Positions 16,323 to 21,064 of a stretch of 21,064 bases of DNA are shown here, one piece after another (positions within the stretch are counted from its first letter, which is position 1; every line of letters starts with the position of its first letter). Source of the stretch: Methanobacteriota archaeon. Lineage in GTDB: Archaea > JAADCQ01 > Methanopyri > Methanopyrales > Methanopyraceae. The position numbers were made by a program, and so were the translations under genes. Location of the stretch: the NCBI GenBank assembly GCA_027064305.1, contig JAMOPY010000005.1:1-21064 (forward strand), read 5' to 3'. The notes beneath the pieces were generated by a model. It was not told the origin of the DNA. It made no database searches and saw only the letters and a program-made list of their open reading frames with translations.

Positions 16323-17351
16323 ATGCGACGGCTCCTTCCCGCGGTGACGACCGCCCTGGCGGTCCTGGTGGCGGTCGTGGGGACGGGCACGATCGCCTTC
16401 AACCCGGTGGACAAGGTTCGGGAGTTCGACCCCAACCACGCGCTGAACTTCGCCAGGCAGGTGTGCAAGCTGGGTCCCCGGTACGGGGGCAACGACGCCG
16501 AGCTGAAGGCCGCGAACATGATGGAGCGGGAGCTCAAGAAGTACGGGCTGAACGTGTGGAAGGAGAAGGTGGACCTCGGCGGGGGCAAGTGCACGTACAA
16601 CGTGATCGGGGAGATCAAGGGGACGCGGGAGCCGAACAAGTACGTGATCGTGGGCTCCCACATCGACTCGCCGGGCTTCTGCGAGGGGGCGACGGACGAC
16701 GCGGCGGCCATGGGCATCCAGGTGGAGATGGCCCGCGTCCTGGCCAAGAACTTCCGACCGAGGAAGACGGTCCTGATCATCGGGTTCGGCGGTGAGGAGC
16801 TCTGGTTCAAGGGCTCGGAGGCGTTCGTGAAGAAGCACCCGGACATCGTGAAGAACTGCGAGGCCGTGATCGACCTGAACTGCGTGGGCGCGGGCGAGAA
16901 CGTGTTCCTCACGCGGCGCAGCGCCCAGCCGAAGCCGGTGGAGGGCGACCCGAAGCTGATCCGCCTGCTCGAGCAGTGCGCGAGGGAGCTGGGGCACCCG
17001 GTGACCGTGGGCGACACGACCTACCCGAGCGACACGTACCCGTTCTACCACAACCACATCCGGCGCGTGCCGGTGTGCCAGGTGATGAACCAGCCGTTCA
17101 AGGTCGCCCCGTGGAGTAGGTCCAACACGGCCGACAAGCTGGATCCGAAGGACATGGAGAAGACGGGTGAGACCGTCACGCTGGCCGTCGTGAAGCTGAC
17201 GAACGCGGAGCCCGCCGCGAAGCCGCTGTGGGAGGAGCAGCGCGAGCGGCAGCGGGCGCAGCAGCGGGGCTGGTTCACGCCCGTCTGGTGGGCGATCGCG
17301 CTCGCGGCCCCGCTGCTGGCGATCGCGGGTCGGAGGGGGCGGGCCCGGTGA
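16323..17351 (+). CDS. Exported M28-family peptidase homolog with C-terminal membrane anchor
   Basis: Signal peptide; NVIGEIKG, VGSHIDS, GATDDAAA, FGGEELWFKGS, SDTYPF; C-terminal TM and Arg tail. Confidence 0.85.
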   Translation: MRRLLPAVTTALAVLVAVVGTGTIAFNPVDKVREFDPNHALNFARQVCKLGPRYGGNDAELKAANMMERELKKYGLNVWKEKVDLGGGKCTYNVIGEIKGTREPNKYVIVGSHIDSPGFCEGATDDAAAMGIQVEMARVLAKNFRPRKTVLIIGFGGEELWFKGSEAFVKKHPDIVKNCEAVIDLNCVGAGENVFLTRRSAQPKPVEGDPKLIRLLEQCARELGHPVTVGDTTYPSDTYPFYHNHIRRVPVCQVMNQPFKVAPWSRSNTADKLDPKDMEKTGETVTLAVVKLTNAEPAAKPLWEEQRERQRAQQRGWFTPVWWAIALAAPLLAIAGRRGRAR

Positions 17352-17890
17352 GGGCCCTCCTCATCATCGACATGCTCCGGGACTTCGTGGAGGAGGGCGC
17401 CCCGCTGGAGGTGCCCGGGGCGCGCGACCTCGTCCCCACCATCGCCCGGTTGGCGGACGCGTTCCGGGAGGCCGGTGAGCTAGTGGTGCACGTGTGGGAC
17501 GAGCACTACCCCGGGGACCCGGAGTTCAAGGTGTGGGGCGAGCACGCGGTCGCGGGGACGGAGGGCGCCGAGCCGGTCGAGGGGCTGGAGCCGGAGGAGG
17601 GGGACGTGGTCGTTCGGAAGCGGAAGTACAGCGGGTTCTACGGCACGACGCTGGACTACGACCTGCGCGTCCGCGGCGCGAGGGAGCTGTACCTGACCGG
17701 GGTCTGCACGGACGTTTGCGTGCTCTTCACCTGCGCGGACGCGCTCATGAGGGGCTACGACGTTAAGGTGGTGAGGGACTGCGTGGCCTCCCTGGACGAG
17801 GAGGCGCACCGGTTCGCCCTCGAGCACATGGAGCGGCTGGGCGCGGAGCTCGTCACCTCGGAGGAGGTGCTGCGGGGGCTGGAGGGATGA
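17348..17890 (+). CDS. Isochorismatase-family cysteine hydrolase (nicotinamidase-like)
   Basis: [14 protein letters not shown]...[20 protein letters not shown]; GTGA overlap at the start. Confidence 0.9.
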   Translation: MRALLIIDMLRDFVEEGAPLEVPGARDLVPTIARLADAFREAGELVVHVWDEHYPGDPEFKVWGEHAVAGTEGAEPVEGLEPEEGDVVVRKRKYSGFYGTTLDYDLRVRGARELYLTGVCTDVCVLFTCADALMRGYDVKVVRDCVASLDEEAHRFALEHMERLGAELVTSEEVLRGLEG

Positions 17891-19248
17891 CCCGGATCCT
17901 GGCGCTCGTGGACGGGGAGCACTACATCCCCGTCACCCGGGCCGCCCTGCGGGTGGTGGAGGAGGAGCTGGGTGAGCTGGTCGGGGCCGTGTTCATCGGT
18001 GGTACGGAGAAGATCGGGGAGCCGGAGGACGTCAAGCGGGAGCTGGGCGTCAGGGTCTGGCTGCCCGAGCGGGAGGACGAGCTGCCCCTGGGGCTGATCG
18101 AGGAGGTGGTGGAGCGCGAGGACGTGGACGTGGTCCTGGACCTCAGCGATGAGCCGGTGGTCTCCCCGGACGACCGGTTCCGGATCGCCGCGACCGTCCT
18201 CTCCGCGGGCGCGGAGTACTGGTGCCCGGACCTCAAGCTCAAGCCCGTGGAGATGCACGACGTGCTCGAGAAGCCGTCGATGCGGATCATCGGGACCGGG
18301 AAGCGGGTGGGTAAGACGGCCGTCTCCGCCTACTCGTGCCGGGTCCTGCACGCCCGCGGGTACAACCCGTGCGTGGTCGTGATGGGGCGCGGGGGCCCGA
18401 GGGAGCCGGAGGTGGTGCGCGGGGACGAGATCGAGCTGACGCCCGAGTACCTGCTGGAGCAGGCGGAGAAGGGCAAGCACGCGGCCAGCGATCACTGGGA
18501 GGACGCCCTGCTCAGCCGGATCCCGACCGTGGGGTGCCGGCGCTGCGCGGGTGGGCTCGCGGGCCGCACGTTCATCGACAACGTGCTGCAGGGCGCCGAG
18601 ATCGCCAACGACCTGCCGGCGGACTTCATCGTGGTCGAGGGCAGCGGCGCCGCCATCCCGCCGATCGAGACGGACGCGGGCATCGTCATCGTGGGCGCGA
18701 ACCAGCCGCTGCGCCACGTGACCGGGTACCTGGGCCCGTACCGGATCCGCATGTGCGACCTGGCGATCCTCACGATGTGCGAGGAGCCGATGGCGGACGA
18801 GGATAAGGTGCGCCGCGTCGAGCGGGGCGTCCGGCGCGTGAAGGACGGGCTGGAGGTCGTTCGGACCGTCTTCCGGCCCAAGCCCGTGGAGGACGTCTCC
18901 GGGAAGAAGGCGGTCTTCGTCACCACCGCGCCGGAGGCGGTGGTGCCCAAGCTCGTGGAGCACCTGGAGTCCGAGTACGGGTGCGAGATCGTGGGCACGT
19001 CCCCCCACCTGAGCAACCGGCCGAAGCTGCGCCGGGACCTGGAGCGGTACGTGGACGAGGCCGAGGTGCTGCTCACGGAGCTGAAGGCCGCGGCCGTGGA
19101 CGTGGCCACCCGGGAGGCGCTCCGGGCCGGGCTGGACGTGGTGTACGTGGACAACGTGCCGATCGCCGTCGGCGGCGACTACGACCACGTGGGCGACGCG
19201 GTCGAGAGCGTGGCGGAGCGGGCGATCGACCGGTTCGAGGGCGACTGA
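17887..19248 (+). CDS. cpgS: Cyclic 2,3-diphosphoglycerate synthetase
   Basis: [79 protein letters not shown]. Confidence 0.93.
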   Translation: MTRILALVDGEHYIPVTRAALRVVEEELGELVGAVFIGGTEKIGEPEDVKRELGVRVWLPEREDELPLGLIEEVVEREDVDVVLDLSDEPVVSPDDRFRIAATVLSAGAEYWCPDLKLKPVEMHDVLEKPSMRIIGTGKRVGKTAVSAYSCRVLHARGYNPCVVVMGRGGPREPEVVRGDEIELTPEYLLEQAEKGKHAASDHWEDALLSRIPTVGCRRCAGGLAGRTFIDNVLQGAEIANDLPADFIVVEGSGAAIPPIETDAGIVIVGANQPLRHVTGYLGPYRIRMCDLAILTMCEEPMADEDKVRRVERGVRRVKDGLEVVRTVFRPKPVEDVSGKKAVFVTTAPEAVVPKLVEHLESEYGCEIVGTSPHLSNRPKLRRDLERYVDEAEVLLTELKAAAVDVATREALRAGLDVVYVDNVPIAVGGDYDHVGDAVESVAERAIDRFEGD

Positions 19249-19249
19249 G

Positions 19250-19483
19250 TCACTCCCCCGCGTCGATCCCCAGCACCACCTCCAGGAACGCCCTCCACAC
19301 GTCCTCCCGCTCCACGTACTTCTTCCCCCGCGCCGCGGCCAGCCTCCCCGCCCGCTCCCCGATCCGCTCCGCGAGCCGCTGCACGCTGTCCCGAAGGACC
19401 ACCGGGGCCCGGCGGCTGACCCTCATCCCGTCGCCCGCCGCCCGCAGCTTACGCTCGAACGGTGCCACCGGCAGCTCCGACAC
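19250..19483 (-). CDS. Archaeal histone-fold protein (singlet, divergent HMf-like, 77 aa)
   Basis: [66 protein letters not shown] aligns with HMf ELPIAPIGRIIK..GAERVS...A..LA..AGRKTI..EDI..A; GTG start with a G-rich RBS. Confidence 0.85.
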   Translation of the reverse strand: MSELPVAPFERKLRAAGDGMRVSRRAPVVLRDSVQRLAERIGERAGRLAAARGKKYVEREDVWRAFLEVVLGIDAGE

Positions 19484-19514
19484 CGCACCCAGCCCCCGAC
19501 CAGGGGAGCGGGCC

Positions 19515-20297
19515 TTGGCCGAGGTCCGGGTGCTAAAAGAGCCCACGCCCCGGGAGCTGGAAACCCTCGCCCGGGACCTGGGCAAGCGGCCCGTCCTGAT
19601 CGCGGGGATCTGCGAGGCCGAGTACCGGGGCCGGGCCGAGTCCCGGGCCGGACCCGCCCTGCGGCTGGCCATCTGCAAGCCGGACGGCACCTTCCTCCTC
19701 CACAACGCCCTGGAGAAGCGCGAACCCACCAACTGGAACCCCGCCCCCTCCCGACAGTCCCTCGAGGTGCGGGACGACCTCGTCGTCCTCCGCTCCCGCC
19801 GCCTCGACGTGAAGGAGGAGGTGATCGTCTACTTCCACCGCGTCCTCCTCGCCTGCTCCCTCCCCAAGGAGGGGGCCCGGAGCGAGCGCTCCGTGTTCTC
19901 CCTGTTCCGCTCCGAGGAGGACATGAAGCGCCTCATCTGGCGGAACCCGGACGTCATCGAGCCCGGCTTCCAACCCGTGCGGGAGGAGGTCGAGTGCCGG
20001 GCCGGCATCGCCGACGTGGTCGGGTACGACGCCGACGGCCGCCTCGTCGTCCTCGAGCTCAAGCGGGCCCGGGCCGGCGTCGACGCGGCCTCCCAGCTCC
20101 GCCGGTACGTGGAGGCCTTCCGCGAGGAGCGGGGCGAGGAGGTGCGCGGCATCCTCGTCGCCCCCTCCATCACCGACGGCTGCCGCCGCCTCCTGGAGAA
20201 GTACGGGCTCGAGTGGCGACGACTGGAACCCGAGGCCACGGACCGGGACGGAAAGGGCGATGGCCAGCGCACGCTCACCGACTACCTGGGGGACTGA
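19515..20297 (+). CDS. nucS: Endonuclease NucS/EndoMS
   Basis: [60 protein letters not shown]; C-terminal PIP box QRTLTDYL; TTG start. Confidence 0.93.
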   Translation: MAEVRVLKEPTPRELETLARDLGKRPVLIAGICEAEYRGRAESRAGPALRLAICKPDGTFLLHNALEKREPTNWNPAPSRQSLEVRDDLVVLRSRRLDVKEEVIVYFHRVLLACSLPKEGARSERSVFSLFRSEEDMKRLIWRNPDVIEPGFQPVREEVECRAGIADVVGYDADGRLVVLELKRARAGVDAASQLRRYVEAFREERGEEVRGILVAPSITDGCRRLLEKYGLEWRRLEPEATDRDGKGDGQRTLTDYLGD

Positions 20298-20299
20298 CC

Positions 20300-20950
20300 G
20301 TGGTCCGCGTCAAGATCTGCGGGATCACCCGGACCCGGGACGCGCGACTCGCCGAGGAGGCCGGGGCCGACGCGATCGGCTGCGTGACCGAGGTCCCCGT
20401 CCCCAGCCCCCGGTCCGTGGACGCGGAAACGGCAAACGAGATCCTTTCCACGGTATCTCCATTCGTTTCCAAAGTGACGGTGGTGATGGACGACCCGGGA
20501 GTGCTCGAGCGCGTGGAGGAGGCCACCGTCGCCCAGCTTCACGGGACGGAAAGCCCGGAGGACTGCGAGCGGGCGAGGGAGCTCGGGTACGAGGTCATCA
20601 AGACGCTGTGGGTCGACGCGTCCGGGCGCCTGTGGCTGGGGGACGACCGGGTCGACGACGAGACCCTGTCCGGGTACCTGGAGGTCGTGGACGCCCTCCT
20701 CCTGGACACCAAGTCCGAGCAGGGTGGCGGCAGCGGACGCACCCACGACTGGTCGGCCTCGGCCGAGGTCGTCGAGCGGGTGGACGTCCCGGTGATTCTC
20801 GCCGGCGGGCTGAACCCGGAGAACGTCGAGCGGGCCGTCAGGGAGGTGCGACCCCACGCCGTCGACGCCTCCTCCGGCGTCGAGCGGGAGCCGGGCGTCA
20901 AGGACCCCGAGGCCGTGAGGAGGTTCATCCACCGCGCCAAGCACGCGTGA
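20300..20950 (+). CDS. trpF: Phosphoribosylanthranilate isomerase
   Basis: VKICGITR, GADAIG, SPRSV, QLHGTESPE, LLLDT, GGSGRTHDW, ILAGGLNPENV, VDASSGVEREPGVKD. Confidence 0.96.
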   Translation: MVRVKICGITRTRDARLAEEAGADAIGCVTEVPVPSPRSVDAETANEILSTVSPFVSKVTVVMDDPGVLERVEEATVAQLHGTESPEDCERARELGYEVIKTLWVDASGRLWLGDDRVDDETLSGYLEVVDALLLDTKSEQGGGSGRTHDWSASAEVVERVDVPVILAGGLNPENVERAVREVRPHAVDASSGVEREPGVKDPEAVRRFIHRAKHA

Positions 20951-21064
20951 TCACCAACCCTCCGTCCACCCCACCCGCTCCCTACGCCCCGACCACGACC
21001 ACGCCCCCACCCCGAGCGCCAGCCCGACCAGCACCAGCAACAGCAACCGCTGCAGCCACACCGG
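20951..21064 (-). CDS. C-terminal end of a membrane-anchored protein (5' part outside the window)
   Basis: Minus frame from 21064: PVWLQRLLLLVLVGLALGVGAWSWSGRRERVGWTEGW*, stop directly abutting the trpF stop. Confidence 0.6.
   Translation of the reverse strand, partial: PVWLQRLLLLVLVGLALGVGAWSWSGRRERVGWTEGW

Noticed and set aside
16250-16330. tRNA-Ala as an integration site for an island
   Set aside because: No integrase, no duplicated tRNA 3' end seen in the window, and flanking genes have host-like composition.
18981-19514. Long N-terminal extension of nucS (and similarly of trpF from 19994)
   Set aside because: Overlaps cpgS and the histone gene (or nucS for trpF); homology starts at TTG 19515 and GTG 20300.
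20951-21064. C/A-rich short repeats (CCAGCA, CAGCAA, GACCAC) as a repeat array or CRISPR
   Set aside because: Explained by Leu/Val/Trp/Ser codons of a minus-strand TM segment; no repeat-spacer periodicity.

Overview
Gene-dense, very GC-rich archaeal window that looks like Methanopyrus: a tRNA gene with C at position 8, cyclic 2,3-diphosphoglycerate synthetase, an intein-containing CDC48, and frequent TTG/GTG starts with overlapping stops. It is mostly core genome: cdc48 (3' part), Mut7-C, AMMECR1, PIG-L deacetylase, GT2 glycosyltransferase, carA, HisA-like/ASCH fusion, DUF2110, HD protein, tfe, purL, an HdrD-like Fe-S protein, FAU-1, hisE, a FAD oxidoreductase, two exported anchored proteins, tRNA-Ala(UGC), a cysteine hydrolase, cpgS, nucS and trpF. 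Features not in the ORF track: (1) two C/D box guide sRNAs whose C boxes contain upstream stop codons, one with both guides matching the 23S rRNA GTPase-associated centre; (2) a divergent 77-aa singlet histone lacking the usual tetramer residues; (3) an intein C-terminal splice junction at the window start; (4) probable CTG starts; (5) an identical 16-mer at two convergent gene junctions. No mobile element other than the intein, and no CRISPR array. I found no clear-cut novel multi-gene system; the best candidates are the GT2/deacetylase pair, the variant histone and the anchored surface proteins. All family calls come from motif recognition, not database searches.
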